Shown here: positions 52,978 through 62,737 of the stretch, piece after piece
Numbering within the stretch: the stretch's first letter is position 1
How the letters are laid out: every line of letters starts with the position of its first letter
Translations under genes and position numbers: made by a program
Source of the DNA: Candidatus Poribacteria bacterium
GTDB taxonomy: Bacteria; Poribacteria; WGA-4E; WGA-3G
Direction: 5' to 3'
Length of the DNA stretch: 64,000 nt
Assembly (NCBI GenBank): GCA_009839745.1
Contig: VXPE01000070.1
Span: 24,445-88,444 of the forward strand
Notes under the pieces: model-generated
What the model was told of the DNA's origin: nothing
What the model saw: only the letters and a program-made list of their open reading frames with translations
Databases searched by the model: none

Positions 52978-54384
52978 ATGAACAACCAAGCACTCCAACT
53001 CACCGATAAAGAGATGCGGGATTTCATTATCAACGGGTACGTCAAGGTAAAAGTCGATGTGCCGCCGAGTTTTCACGAGAACGTTTACCAGCAACTCGAT
53101 GCAATGTTTGAAGGCACAGGCAATTTGGGCAACAATGTCCTACCCCTCATCCCTGAAATTCAAGAGGTTTTCGATCAGCCCATCGTTCACGGCGCGATGC
53201 AAAGCGTGCTCGGTGAAAACTACGCGATGCACTCACACCGATACTGCCATTTCAATCAACAAGGGAGTGAAGGCCAGAATTTTCATAAAGATAGTTACGA
53301 AGGGGACGAGCAGATCCGTCGCCACCGATGTCGCTGGACGATGGCGTTCTACTACCCGCAGGATGTCACGGAGGATATGGGACCCACTGCAGTGCTACCG
53401 GGTTCGCAGTATTACGAGACGGGTGAAAGTGCGCATGAACAGCCTGACCTCGCCCTCACTGGCGAAGCGGGCACTGTGACAATTGTCCACTACGACTTAT
53501 GGCACCGCGCGATGCCGAATCGGAGTGACAAGAAACGATATATGTTGAAGTTCCTCTTTATCCGACTCGATGAACCGCAAACCCCTATATGGCAGCATAC
53601 GACAGACGACTGGCACGCCCTCGGCAACCGGGAAAAATCCGAGCATCCCGAATTATGGGAATCGCTATGGGACTGGTATAACGGAAAACAGAACGGAACG
53701 AGCAACGGTGTCTCGCAGACGGAGGTGGATACCCTTATAGGCACTTTGAACAGCACGCATGAGAGAGAACGACTCAACGCAACGTATCGCTTAGGACGGG
53801 TGGGTGTGCCTGCTGTGCCTATCTTGAAGCAAGCGTTGTATAGTCGATCCCATACGATTCGTGAATATGCCGGTTATGCTTTAAGCCTCACGGGTGCCCC
53901 CGCGGTTCCGACGCTCATTGACGCATTGCAAGCAACAGATGCTTCGGTGCGGGCAAGCGCGGCGTTTGCCTTGGCGGATATGGGAAAAGTCGCACAGGAA
54001 GCACTACCCGCATTGACCCATGCTGCACAAGATGACAGTGAATGGGTCAGACGACACGCCACGGAAGGGTTGGGGCTCATCGGGCAACAGGTTTCAGAAG
54101 AGATGGATTTGTCCGAGGTGGTAGAGATATTGACGACTCGATTACAGGACAACTATCATTGGGTTCGGGATAACGCCGCCCGTTCCTTGGCGAAATTAGG
54201 CACACTCGCTGCCCTCGCAATTCCTACGCTTGTCGCGCAATTGGAAGATGAGAACCGATATGTCCGTTTCCATGCCGCTTTAGCGTTGAAGGAAATTAAG
54301 ACCCCCGAAGCACAGAACGCGCTCTTTAATCACCTATTCGCTTCGCGGTGGTGCGCCTTGACCACGAACGATACACCTTATTAA
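52978..54384 (+). CDS. PhyH-family dioxygenase domain fused to C-terminal HEAT repeats
   Basis: N-terminal half: 'FHKDSYEG' and 'TVTIVHYDLWHRAMPN'. C-terminal half: PBS-lyase-type HEAT units ('ASVRASAAFALADMG', 'EWVRRHATEGLGLIG', 'HWVRDNAARSLAKLG', 'RYVRFHAALALKEI'). Confidence 0.72.
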   Translation: MNNQALQLTDKEMRDFIINGYVKVKVDVPPSFHENVYQQLDAMFEGTGNLGNNVLPLIPEIQEVFDQPIVHGAMQSVLGENYAMHSHRYCHFNQQGSEGQNFHKDSYEGDEQIRRHRCRWTMAFYYPQDVTEDMGPTAVLPGSQYYETGESAHEQPDLALTGEAGTVTIVHYDLWHRAMPNRSDKKRYMLKFLFIRLDEPQTPIWQHTTDDWHALGNREKSEHPELWESLWDWYNGKQNGTSNGVSQTEVDTLIGTLNSTHERERLNATYRLGRVGVPAVPILKQALYSRSHTIREYAGYALSLTGAPAVPTLIDALQATDASVRASAAFALADMGKVAQEALPALTHAAQDDSEWVRRHATEGLGLIGQQVSEEMDLSEVVEILTTRLQDNYHWVRDNAARSLAKLGTLAALAIPTLVAQLEDENRYVRFHAALALKEIKTPEAQNALFNHLFASRWCALTTNDTPY

Positions 54385-54465
54385 GGGACCCATCAGGAAA
54401 CGCGCGGGCGAGCGTTACCTGTTAACGTTTGTGATACTTTGATGAGATACGCCTGTCCCTGCCTG

Positions 54466-55722
54466 TTAAGGTGGAGTTCTGTTGAGTAAGTGTTCCGGGG
54501 GCAACGCCCCTGTCAACGTTTCCATGAACGCGATTAAATCATTCAGTTCTTGTTCGCTGAGTCCAAGAGGTTCTATCAGCACCGCAGTTGTACCCGGGAA
54601 CATAGTTGTGAACCCACCATCATTCTTAAATTCAAGGACGTACAGGAGTGTCGGGAATTCACCTGTATGGAAATATGGAGCCGTTTCGGCGACATTTCGG
54701 AGTGTCGGTGTCCTGAACGCACCTTGGTCTTCCGGTTTCGGTTCCATAACGTTCAACATTTGCTCAGATTTTGCTGTTGAATCACTATAGATTCCCGCAC
54801 TGTTAAATATATTATTTAGCAGTTTCGGAATGCCTTGGAAACGTCCTTTATCCTCTTCCAACCCAGACGGCACACCGATGTTATGGAATTCGTTGTCTGT
54901 AAACGTGGGTGTATTGTGGCAGTTGACACACCCCCCTTTTCCAACGAATATCTTTAAGCCACGCTTCGCCTCAGGCGAAATCGCCGTTGGGTCGCCTGCG
55001 ACATACCGATCAAACGGTGCATCCGGCGTAATTAGGAGGCGTTGATAGGCTTCAACCGATTTACCGATATTGGAAAAGAGAGTGTTCACAGCAACCTGAT
55101 CCGCTTCGGACATGTGATCAAACGCCGGATCTCCCGGTTTACCCTTCCGCGGAAATCGGTTACTGTCTTCGAGTTCAGGGAGCGGACCAAACACTGCTTC
55201 ATACTCGGCTTTGTAGTGTTGCTGAATAACATGAGCATATTGTAGGCGTGTGCCTGCCATTTCGCCTTCACCTTCAAGTGCAAACAACGCTTGTGCCCAC
55301 ATCGTCTCCGATCTCCCATCCCACAACTGCCATTCATTGTAGGCGGCATTGAGCACCGTCGGTGTATTTCTTGTGCCACGGTCGGTGGCGAATGAAGTCG
55401 ATTCAATATCCGAAAACGCATAGAAGGGGGAGTGACATGTTGAACAAGCAATTGTGCCATGCTCTGAAAATCGGAAGTCGAAGAAAAACTTCTGTCCGAG
55501 TGCTGCAGCCCCTGGATCATCAGCAACGCGATTCGTAGGATTTGGCGGTGGTGCCCCAGGCAGGGGAGATAAACTCACAACGAGTTCCCATTCCTCCGTG
55601 CTGAAAAAGTTGGGGGTCTGTGGAGTAGGTTCAATTTGAGTGAGTATGTCACCAGCATTTTCACTACATCCCACGAAAAATAGGATGATACCGCATAACA
55701 AAAAAGAAAAAATTGTAAACAT
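54466..55722 (-). CDS. di-haem cytochrome c peroxidase (CCP/MauG family), probable lipoprotein
   Basis: Haem motifs 'CSTCH' and 'CVNCH'. ATG 55722 gives 'MFTIFSFLLCGIILFFVGC' (lipobox-like). The ORF-track start at 55740 is a TTG. Confidence 0.85.
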   Translation of the reverse strand: MFTIFSFLLCGIILFFVGCSENAGDILTQIEPTPQTPNFFSTEEWELVVSLSPLPGAPPPNPTNRVADDPGAAALGQKFFFDFRFSEHGTIACSTCHSPFYAFSDIESTSFATDRGTRNTPTVLNAAYNEWQLWDGRSETMWAQALFALEGEGEMAGTRLQYAHVIQQHYKAEYEAVFGPLPELEDSNRFPRKGKPGDPAFDHMSEADQVAVNTLFSNIGKSVEAYQRLLITPDAPFDRYVAGDPTAISPEAKRGLKIFVGKGGCVNCHNTPTFTDNEFHNIGVPSGLEEDKGRFQGIPKLLNNIFNSAGIYSDSTAKSEQMLNVMEPKPEDQGAFRTPTLRNVAETAPYFHTGEFPTLLYVLEFKNDGGFTTMFPGTTAVLIEPLGLSEQELNDLIAFMETLTGALPPEHLLNRTPP

Positions 55723-55943
55723 ATACAAATGATTTACCAAAATTTAAACTCCTTTTTACAACGTGAGTTTGATAAATAGGACTTATGCAGTCCTCAATTA
55801 ATTCTAAGGTTTACCATAAATCCGTTCAAGGTTACCTGTGCAAGCGTCTGTCTGTGTGGTGAATGGGTGACCTCTGTCGAAGTATCCGGTTGACAAGCAT
55901 CTTCTGCAGCCCAAAGGGAATCTGCCTATAAAATACTTTCCGC

Positions 55944-56477
55944 CTACATCATAAAGTACATACCCATCTCTCCGGCAAGTAGTCCAAGGAGCGCGCCGGC
56001 GAGCACATCTGTCGGATAGTGGACACCGAGATATACGCGCGACACACCGACCATAGTGCCCCAGCACAGCGTCGGAATCTGTAAAGGTGGGAGCGTGCTC
56101 GACAACAGCGTCAGCATCACAAACGCAGAGGCAGTGTGTCCCGACGGAAAACTAAAACGATCGGGTGGACGCACCCGAAACTGAACGTCGACAATCCGCT
56201 CGTATGGTCGGTCGCGCTTCATTGCTTGCTTGAGGAAGTGGTAGAGGAGTCTTTCAAGTGGAAATGCAAGTATCGCGGATAGAAGGAGTGGTTTGCTGGT
56301 AGCTGATCCGAATGTCAAGTGCACGTATAACACCAGAAACGGATACAGACACCCGTTAGCACTCCAAGAGATGACGCGAAATGAGCAATTCAAAATTTTT
56401 TTATCGCCCCAACTAAAGATATGGTAGAACAGCAATCTATCCCATCGAGTCAAATTATTTGTAAATTCTCTTAGCAT
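55944..56477 (-). CDS. PAP2-family phosphatase (membrane)
   Basis: The three PAP2 motifs 'KRDRPY', 'PSGHTA' and 'SRVYLGVHYPTDV'. Confidence 0.85.
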   Translation of the reverse strand: MLREFTNNLTRWDRLLFYHIFSWGDKKILNCSFRVISWSANGCLYPFLVLYVHLTFGSATSKPLLLSAILAFPLERLLYHFLKQAMKRDRPYERIVDVQFRVRPPDRFSFPSGHTASAFVMLTLLSSTLPPLQIPTLCWGTMVGVSRVYLGVHYPTDVLAGALLGLLAGEMGMYFMM

Positions 56478-56518
56478 AGTTTATCAAGGTAAGCAAGTGT
56501 GATTAGAAAGCCAACCTA

Positions 56519-57334
56519 CTATACCTCCTTTTCGCCTTTAAGTAAAGCCTTTAATTGTGTAGCGACCTTGCCTTTCACATAGTCAGTGAGGTCTCGGAGG
56601 GCAATGACCTTGTAATCGTTTTCGTAGAGATATGCCATATACGCTTCAAATTGCTCTGGTTCTGTGTGGACCCATGGATGCTCAATATCCGGAACCCCAT
56701 GAAACGTCAGGATCGTTATATTTCCGGCTGTTGCTTGGGTGAGTGCCCACGTGAAGTCATCAAAGTTCCAATTGGGACCAGAGGCGCCTGTCGTTGGAAT
56801 TAAGAGAGGATGATGCCGGGTTGGATTGTAAGCCGGCCCGCGGTCGCCTTCTCCGCTATAAGGGAACTCTGGAGCAACACCGCGTCGGGCAAAATGAAAG
56901 CCGTGTTCAGCGAGCACGTGGACGGCTGCTTCACCGTGGCTATAACCTGGGTAACAAAACGTTGTGGGTTTCGAAATACCGTAAGCCTCACAACGAGCGT
57001 CAATGTGCACCAAATCCGCACTGAGTTCCGCAGCGGGTTGCTGCGTGACGTTTCGGTGATGGCGCGTGTGATTCCCAATCTCGAAACCGTCGTCATGTAG
57101 ACCTTTGACCTCTTCCCACGTCATATAGGCTTCTTTGTTGGTGAGGAAGTTGAGTCCTTCGGTGATATAGAAAGTTGCACCGAAGCCATACCCTTTAAGG
57201 ATCGGGGCGGCGACTGTCGCCTGTGATTTGCACCCATCGTCGAAGGTTAGCACAACAAGTTTATCGGGGATTGTCTTCTGCAAAATGTTCTCATGCCTCA
57301 AATTTCGTATCCGTATGGAACATAAAAAAATCAT
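56519..57334 (-). CDS. polysaccharide deacetylase (CE4 / NodB homology)
   Basis: 'VVLTFDDGCKSQ' and 'GNHTRHH'. Confidence 0.8.
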   Translation of the reverse strand: MIFLCSIRIRNLRHENILQKTIPDKLVVLTFDDGCKSQATVAAPILKGYGFGATFYITEGLNFLTNKEAYMTWEEVKGLHDDGFEIGNHTRHHRNVTQQPAAELSADLVHIDARCEAYGISKPTTFCYPGYSHGEAAVHVLAEHGFHFARRGVAPEFPYSGEGDRGPAYNPTRHHPLLIPTTGASGPNWNFDDFTWALTQATAGNITILTFHGVPDIEHPWVHTEPEQFEAYMAYLYENDYKVIALRDLTDYVKGKVATQLKALLKGEKEV

Positions 57335-57475
57335 ACTGTGCTGGACTCTTAATTATAGAGGCACAACACTATTTAAATCAAGGAAAAATTTGGCATTCAT
57401 TGCCGATCAAAAAATGGTTGACAAAAATCCAAGAATGATTTAGAATGTTCATAGGAAACCAATGGAGGTATAACC

Positions 57476-58468
57476 ATGATTGACCGACGTGCATTTCTAA
57501 AATCAATGGCAAGTTTGACAACAGGCGTTCTCTTGTCATCTGCGTGTGCAGAGGGTGATGAAGAAGGTATTGTGAGTGATCGCTTAGGTAACCTCCTGCC
57601 GACACGGAGGTTTGGACGCACCGGTGAAGCCGTAACGATGCTCGGTGTAGGTGGCTGGCATATCGGGGAGATGAACGAAGCAGAGGCTCAGAAAACGATC
57701 GAGATCTCGCTTGAAGGGGGTGTGCGCTTCTTCGATAGTGCTGAATCCTATCAAGCGGGTGGAAGCGAGCGGCGACTCGGTAAACTACTGGTCCCAAAAT
57801 ATCGCGATGATGTGTTTCTGATGACGAAGACGACAGCACCCAACGCCGCGAAAGCGCAGGAACACCTTGAGGGTTCACTGACACGTTTGAATACCGATCG
57901 GCTTGACCTCTGGCAGATGCACTCTGTAAAAAACCCTGTAGACGTCGATGATCGGATTGATAACGGTATCCTCGACGTTATGTTGGAAGCGAAAGCGAGT
58001 GGCAAAACCCGCTATATTGGGTTCACTGGACATACAAGTCCAGCCGCGCACGAACGCGTCCTCGAACGGACCGATATTTTTGACACCTGTCAATTGGCAA
58101 TGAATCTCGTCGACGTCAGTTACGAGAGTTTCATTGAGAGAGTCGTGCCGACGCTCATTGAGCGAAATATTGGCGTGATCGGAATGAAAGCGTTAGCGAA
58201 CGGGGGTTTCTTCGGGGGTTCGCAGCACGGCAGACACGGTCTGAATCCGAAAGTTGTCCCAAATCGCGTCAGTGTCTCCGAAGCCGTGCGTTTCGTTTGG
58301 TCGTTGCCCATAAGCACACTCGTTACGGGTCCAGACACTGCGGAACAGATGCAAGAGAAGATTGACATTGCGAAGACCTTTACAGGCATGGACGATGACG
58401 AACGTCAGGCGTTGATAGAAAAAGTGGAAGATATGGCAGGCACAACGGTTGAGTTTTACAAAACCTGA
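57476..58468 (+). CDS. aldo/keto reductase with twin-arginine signal
   Basis: 'DRRAFLKSMASL..SSACA' Tat-type signal. AKR blocks 'FFDSAESYQAGGSERRLG' and 'RLDLWQMH'. Confidence 0.85.
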   Translation: MIDRRAFLKSMASLTTGVLLSSACAEGDEEGIVSDRLGNLLPTRRFGRTGEAVTMLGVGGWHIGEMNEAEAQKTIEISLEGGVRFFDSAESYQAGGSERRLGKLLVPKYRDDVFLMTKTTAPNAAKAQEHLEGSLTRLNTDRLDLWQMHSVKNPVDVDDRIDNGILDVMLEAKASGKTRYIGFTGHTSPAAHERVLERTDIFDTCQLAMNLVDVSYESFIERVVPTLIERNIGVIGMKALANGGFFGGSQHGRHGLNPKVVPNRVSVSEAVRFVWSLPISTLVTGPDTAEQMQEKIDIAKTFTGMDDDERQALIEKVEDMAGTTVEFYKT

Positions 58469-60137
58469 TGTCCACCTGTGGATCTCTATTTTCTTTACTG
58501 TCCTTGTTTCCCTATGTATCGCTGCGGCGGCAGATGTAAAATTTACGGATGTCACTGATGCCGCCGGCATTGAATTCCGACATTTTACTGGGGCAACCGG
58601 TGAACGTTATATGCCCGAGACGATGGGAGCAGGCTGCGCTTTTTTGGACTACGATGCGGATGGGTATTTGGACATTCTGCTCGCAAATGGGACGCGTTTG
58701 ACACCTGCAGGTCCCGTGGATACCCCGAAACTCTACCGAAACGCCGGGAACGGACAGTTCGTTGACATTACTGAGGCAGCGGGACTCAACGTGCCGATGT
58801 ATGGTATGGGCATAACCGCTGCCGATTATGATAACGATGCCGACCTCGATATCTACTTTACCAACGTAGGTAAAAATCGACTCTTTCGTAATAATGGTGA
58901 CAACACTTTCACAGATGTCACCGAATTCGCCAAAGTAGGCGATATGGGTTGGTCAACAAGTGCAGCCTTCTTCGATGCCGACAAAGACGGTTGGGTGGAT
59001 CTGTTTGTTTGTAACTATGTTGAATGGACCCCTGAAACCGATGTTCCGTGCACGGTAAATCCGTCTGGCGCGAAACAATACAGGACCTACTGCACGCCTA
59101 CCGTCTATCCGGGTCAATCCTGTCGTTTCTATCGCAACCAAGGCAGTGGCACGTTCACCGATATGACATCAGCGGCAGGATTGTATAATCCCATAGGGAA
59201 ATCCCTCGGTGTAACCCTTTTGGATTACAATCATGACGGATGGATTGACCTCGCGGTGGCGAACGATACTGCGCCTAATTTTTTGTATCGCAATAACGGG
59301 GACGGCACATTTACCGACGAAGCCGTGGTGATGGGAGTCGCTTTCAGTGAGACAGGTAAAGCGCGGGGCAGTATGGGGATTGACGCAGCGGATGTCTATA
59401 ACACTGGCGGCACTGCAATCGTTATCGGTAATTTTAGCAACGAGAAGACGGGATTTTACTATGCAGAATCGGGCGCGGCTTACTTTACCGATAGAACAGA
59501 TAGCGTCGGAATTGGGAAGCCAAGTTACCGGTCTTTGACGTTTGGGATCCTGTTTTTCGATTGCGATCTGGATGGCGCGCTCGACCTGTTTTGCGTTAAT
59601 GGACATATTGAGCCGGAGGTGCTGCATTATCAACAGCATATCCCTTATGCCCAACCCCCTTCACTCTTCCGAAATCAGAAAGACGGAACGTTTCGAGACA
59701 TCGGTAAGGCTGCTGGGCTTGATCGTATAGGCGTCGGACGCGGTTGTGCGTATGGCGATTACGATAACGATGGGGATGTGGACCTTCTTGTCACCAATAA
59801 CGGCGTTACCAAAGATTACGGCACTGTATGGCTCCTGCGTAACGACAGTGAACCTTCATCCAATTATCTCCGAGTGAAGGTTATGGGGACCCGTAGCAAT
59901 CGCGACGGCATCGGGACAAGCGTCCGGTTAACGCTGGGGGATAGCATCCAGCAGCAAATCGTTCGGACCGGCGGTAGTTACTGTTCCCAAAGTGAAATGA
60001 CCTTGACCTTCGGATTGGAGAAAAACGAAAGGGTTACACATCTTGAAATCCGATGGCCCTCTGGTGAGATAGACCAGTACGTAGAACTTGCGGCAAACCA
60101 ACTGATAGAGATAGTCGAAAATGGGTCAAAAAAATGA
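58449..60137 (+). CDS. FG-GAP/VCBS repeat protein with ASPIC/UnbV C-terminal domain (CRTAC1 family)
   Basis: 'DYDADGYLDI', 'DYDNDADLDI', 'DADKDGWVDL', 'DYNHDGWIDL' and 'DYDNDGDVDL'. C-terminus 'RDGIGTSVRLTLG..RTGGSYCSQSE'. TTG 58449 is the only in-frame start before the signal peptide. Confidence 0.82.
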   Translation: MSFTKPDVHLWISIFFTVLVSLCIAAAADVKFTDVTDAAGIEFRHFTGATGERYMPETMGAGCAFLDYDADGYLDILLANGTRLTPAGPVDTPKLYRNAGNGQFVDITEAAGLNVPMYGMGITAADYDNDADLDIYFTNVGKNRLFRNNGDNTFTDVTEFAKVGDMGWSTSAAFFDADKDGWVDLFVCNYVEWTPETDVPCTVNPSGAKQYRTYCTPTVYPGQSCRFYRNQGSGTFTDMTSAAGLYNPIGKSLGVTLLDYNHDGWIDLAVANDTAPNFLYRNNGDGTFTDEAVVMGVAFSETGKARGSMGIDAADVYNTGGTAIVIGNFSNEKTGFYYAESGAAYFTDRTDSVGIGKPSYRSLTFGILFFDCDLDGALDLFCVNGHIEPEVLHYQQHIPYAQPPSLFRNQKDGTFRDIGKAAGLDRIGVGRGCAYGDYDNDGDVDLLVTNNGVTKDYGTVWLLRNDSEPSSNYLRVKVMGTRSNRDGIGTSVRLTLGDSIQQQIVRTGGSYCSQSEMTLTFGLEKNERVTHLEIRWPSGEIDQYVELAANQLIEIVENGSKK

Positions 60138-60937
60138 AACGATTGATGTATGGATGCCTCTTTCTGGCAATTTTGGGGTTAACGATCGGATGTCAAGACA
60201 ACGACCAAATCTCGAGTGAAAAAAAGGCTGCATCCGCGACATCCAAAAAATCATCGGTTTCCCCCTCTGCACAGGACTACAATAACAGAGGGACGGCTTA
60301 CCAACGTGCCGGGAGACTGCAAGCGGCAGCGGCGGCTTACCGACAGGCTATTGAAATAAAACCGACGCTTATTGAGGCACACCATAACCTCGGCACAGTG
60401 TATGTAATGCAGGGGAAACTCGATGCGGCGATTGCCGCGTATAAGCGCGTTCTTCAGTTACGACCGGACATGGCGGAGGCTTATGTCGATTTGGGCAGAA
60501 CCTACGGACTCGCAGGACGGCTGGATGCGGCGATTGCTGAGTACCAGAAAGCACTCACGCGTGATGCTACGCTCGTCTATGCACATTATGGGATCGGTCT
60601 CGCTTACAGACACAAAGGCATGTTCCCTGAAGCCATTTTCGCCCTTGAACAGGCGATAACCCGGCAGCCTGACTTCGTCGAGGCACTGATGCAGCTGGGT
60701 TTCGTCTATCGAGAAACAGAACAACTCAGTCGTGCCGTGGAAACCTTCACCACGGTTATTCACATCTATCCGACAAACGCTAAAGCGTATCATGAACTCG
60801 GTGTCTGCCATACAAAAGCGGACGCGTATCCAGAAGCCATTCAGGCTTTTGAAAGAGCCTTACAACTGAATCCAGATACTGTTGAAACGCAAAATCTTTT
60901 GCGGGTTGCCCAGGCGCGTATGGCGCGTCAAAGGTAG
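60134..60937 (+). CDS. TPR-repeat lipoprotein
   Basis: Lipobox 'LTIGC', followed by at least 5 TPR units. The ATG overlaps the upstream stop (ATGA). Confidence 0.8.
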   Translation: MKRLMYGCLFLAILGLTIGCQDNDQISSEKKAASATSKKSSVSPSAQDYNNRGTAYQRAGRLQAAAAAYRQAIEIKPTLIEAHHNLGTVYVMQGKLDAAIAAYKRVLQLRPDMAEAYVDLGRTYGLAGRLDAAIAEYQKALTRDATLVYAHYGIGLAYRHKGMFPEAIFALEQAITRQPDFVEALMQLGFVYRETEQLSRAVETFTTVIHIYPTNAKAYHELGVCHTKADAYPEAIQAFERALQLNPDTVETQNLLRVAQARMARQR

Positions 60938-60985
60938 TCACAAACGATTATGTAAGAGAATCTATGAATTCCAAAGGAGGAAAAA

Positions 60986-61813
60986 ATGCGTCAGGTTATA
61001 CTTTTTACGATCTTGATAGCACTGTTTGCTGTGCCAACTCTTCTTGTGAATGCCGCGGATATTGAAGATGGACTTTGGATGTATCTACCGCTGAACGAAG
61101 GCACAGGTGAAACGGTCGCCGACCACGGCCCCCACGCCTTCGATACAGAATTGAGTAAGAGTGCCCCAAAATCGGTCGATGCCAAGCACAACGATATCGG
61201 AAAAGCGTTGGAATTTGATGGCAAGGCAACCTACGTCAAGATCGACATGGCAGGTCAGAACGAGGACATCGATTCACATTTTGAGGATAAGGAGGGCATT
61301 ACGATCTGCGCGTGGGTGAAACCGCTAAAGGTTGGGACGGATGGCCACGGTCAAACCCGTCAACCTATCGTGATGAAAGGTGCTGGTGGGCAGTGGGAGT
61401 TCGCCCTCTATGTCTATGACGACTTCGGCGCAGGCATGTCTGTCTGGACCTGCCCGGGTTCCGGGGTTTCAGAGCCACACACCGCAGGCACCGCACCACA
61501 AGGCAAGTGGATCCACCAATGTGGCACATTTCTCTTGAAGGAGGGTGTCCGCGTTTACGTAGACGGGGCCAAAGCCGCAGTCGCGGAAGCAGGTGATAAC
61601 GGCAATGGTCCCTGTGAAGCCGGTAATCGTCCTGTGTTCATTGCCCATCGTGAAGACGGACAGTGGTTAAATGCAGTCATTGCCGAAGTCTTTATGTGGA
61701 ATCGGGTGATTAGTGTTGAGGAGATGAATCTTGCTATGAAAACAATCGGGGGATTGGCGGTTCAACCGGGCGGTAAACTGTCAACCACCTGGGGCAACAT
61801 AAAACGTCGTTGA
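60986..61813 (+). CDS. secreted LamG-like (concanavalin A-type lectin/glucanase fold) protein
   Basis: Signal peptide, 'LWMYLPLNEGTGETVADHGP' and 'ALEFDGKATYVKID'. SD GGAGGA lies upstream. Confidence 0.65.
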   Translation: MRQVILFTILIALFAVPTLLVNAADIEDGLWMYLPLNEGTGETVADHGPHAFDTELSKSAPKSVDAKHNDIGKALEFDGKATYVKIDMAGQNEDIDSHFEDKEGITICAWVKPLKVGTDGHGQTRQPIVMKGAGGQWEFALYVYDDFGAGMSVWTCPGSGVSEPHTAGTAPQGKWIHQCGTFLLKEGVRVYVDGAKAAVAEAGDNGNGPCEAGNRPVFIAHREDGQWLNAVIAEVFMWNRVISVEEMNLAMKTIGGLAVQPGGKLSTTWGNIKRR

Positions 61814-61824
61814 CGGTTTTGAAA

Positions 61825-61857
61825 GGGGCGGTTTGAAAACCGCCCCTTCTTTTTTTT
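61825..61857. terminator. intrinsic terminator between convergent genes
   Basis: GGGGCGGTT-TGAA-AACCGCCCC (61825-61846) followed by TTCTTTTTTTT. Confidence 0.8.
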
Positions 61858-62638
61858 AAGCCATTATTTGCTCGGAAGTTGGATTCGCTTTGAACCCGCC
61901 CGCCATAATGTTGTTGTAAGGTTCTTCTGGATCGCGTCCGACGGGTCGCATCTCCGGCTTGTGGTATCCGAATCGGACGGCTTTCCGCCACTGCTCTGTC
62001 CGATTGACCTCAGACCAGTGGATTAGGCAATAACTGAAGAAAATGACATCCCCAGCCTTTGCCGGAATCGGGATCGAGTCAATGAAATCTGGGTGGAATT
62101 TATCAGTCGGCAGATGCGGTGCTGTGCCTTCACCTGTGATGTGTTCCCGGGGGCCTTCCTTATGGCTGCCGGGGACAACCCGCAAGGCACCACTCTCAAA
62201 GGGTGCATCATCGAGATGGACGAGGCAATCCACGAAGTCGAGTCCATCGTGTGGATAGAAGGGATAGTCCTGGTGCATCGGGAAGGGTGTTCCTTTTTCC
62301 GGTGGCTTCGCGTGTAGCACGGTATGGTGCCATTGAATGGTATCGCCGATGAGGGATTGCACCGCGCCCGTCAAGCGTTCGTGGAAGATCACCCGTCCCC
62401 ATGCGGAGGAGTAGAAATGGGGATTGTGCATAAAGACAGCTTTCGTCGTCTGCTGGTCCTCGTCCTTGAGGTAGCGTGTGCGCCACGGTCCGGGCCACCC
62501 GATTGTCTCTTGCCCCCAATTGTTGATAATCCGCACCATTTCAGATGCCAATTCCTTCGTCTCCGCGGGTGCGAAGAGTTGGTCTACCTTGAGATACCCG
62601 TTCTCATGGTAAAATTCGACCTGTTCTTGCGTTAGCAT
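61856..62638 (-). CDS. phytanoyl-CoA dioxygenase (PhyH) family oxygenase
   Basis: 'MLTQEQVEFYHENGYLKVDQLF', 'FPMHQDYPFYPHD' and 'ALRVVPGSHK'. Confidence 0.82.
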   Translation of the reverse strand: MLTQEQVEFYHENGYLKVDQLFAPAETKELASEMVRIINNWGQETIGWPGPWRTRYLKDEDQQTTKAVFMHNPHFYSSAWGRVIFHERLTGAVQSLIGDTIQWHHTVLHAKPPEKGTPFPMHQDYPFYPHDGLDFVDCLVHLDDAPFESGALRVVPGSHKEGPREHITGEGTAPHLPTDKFHPDFIDSIPIPAKAGDVIFFSYCLIHWSEVNRTEQWRKAVRFGYHKPEMRPVGRDPEEPYNNIMAGGFKANPTSEQIMA

Positions 62639-62737
62639 TTTTAGACTCCTTATCGCTATTGAACGTTTCGCGTGCGTGTCAGAAACTGTGAGTTGCCCTC
62701 AATTTTACTCTAAAACCGTATATTTTGTCAATTTGCT

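Noticed and set aside
58468-58539. ATG at 58468 as the start of the ASPIC/UnbV gene.
   Set aside because: It is in a different frame and terminates after 23 codons. The long ORF's only in-frame start before the signal peptide is TTG 58449.
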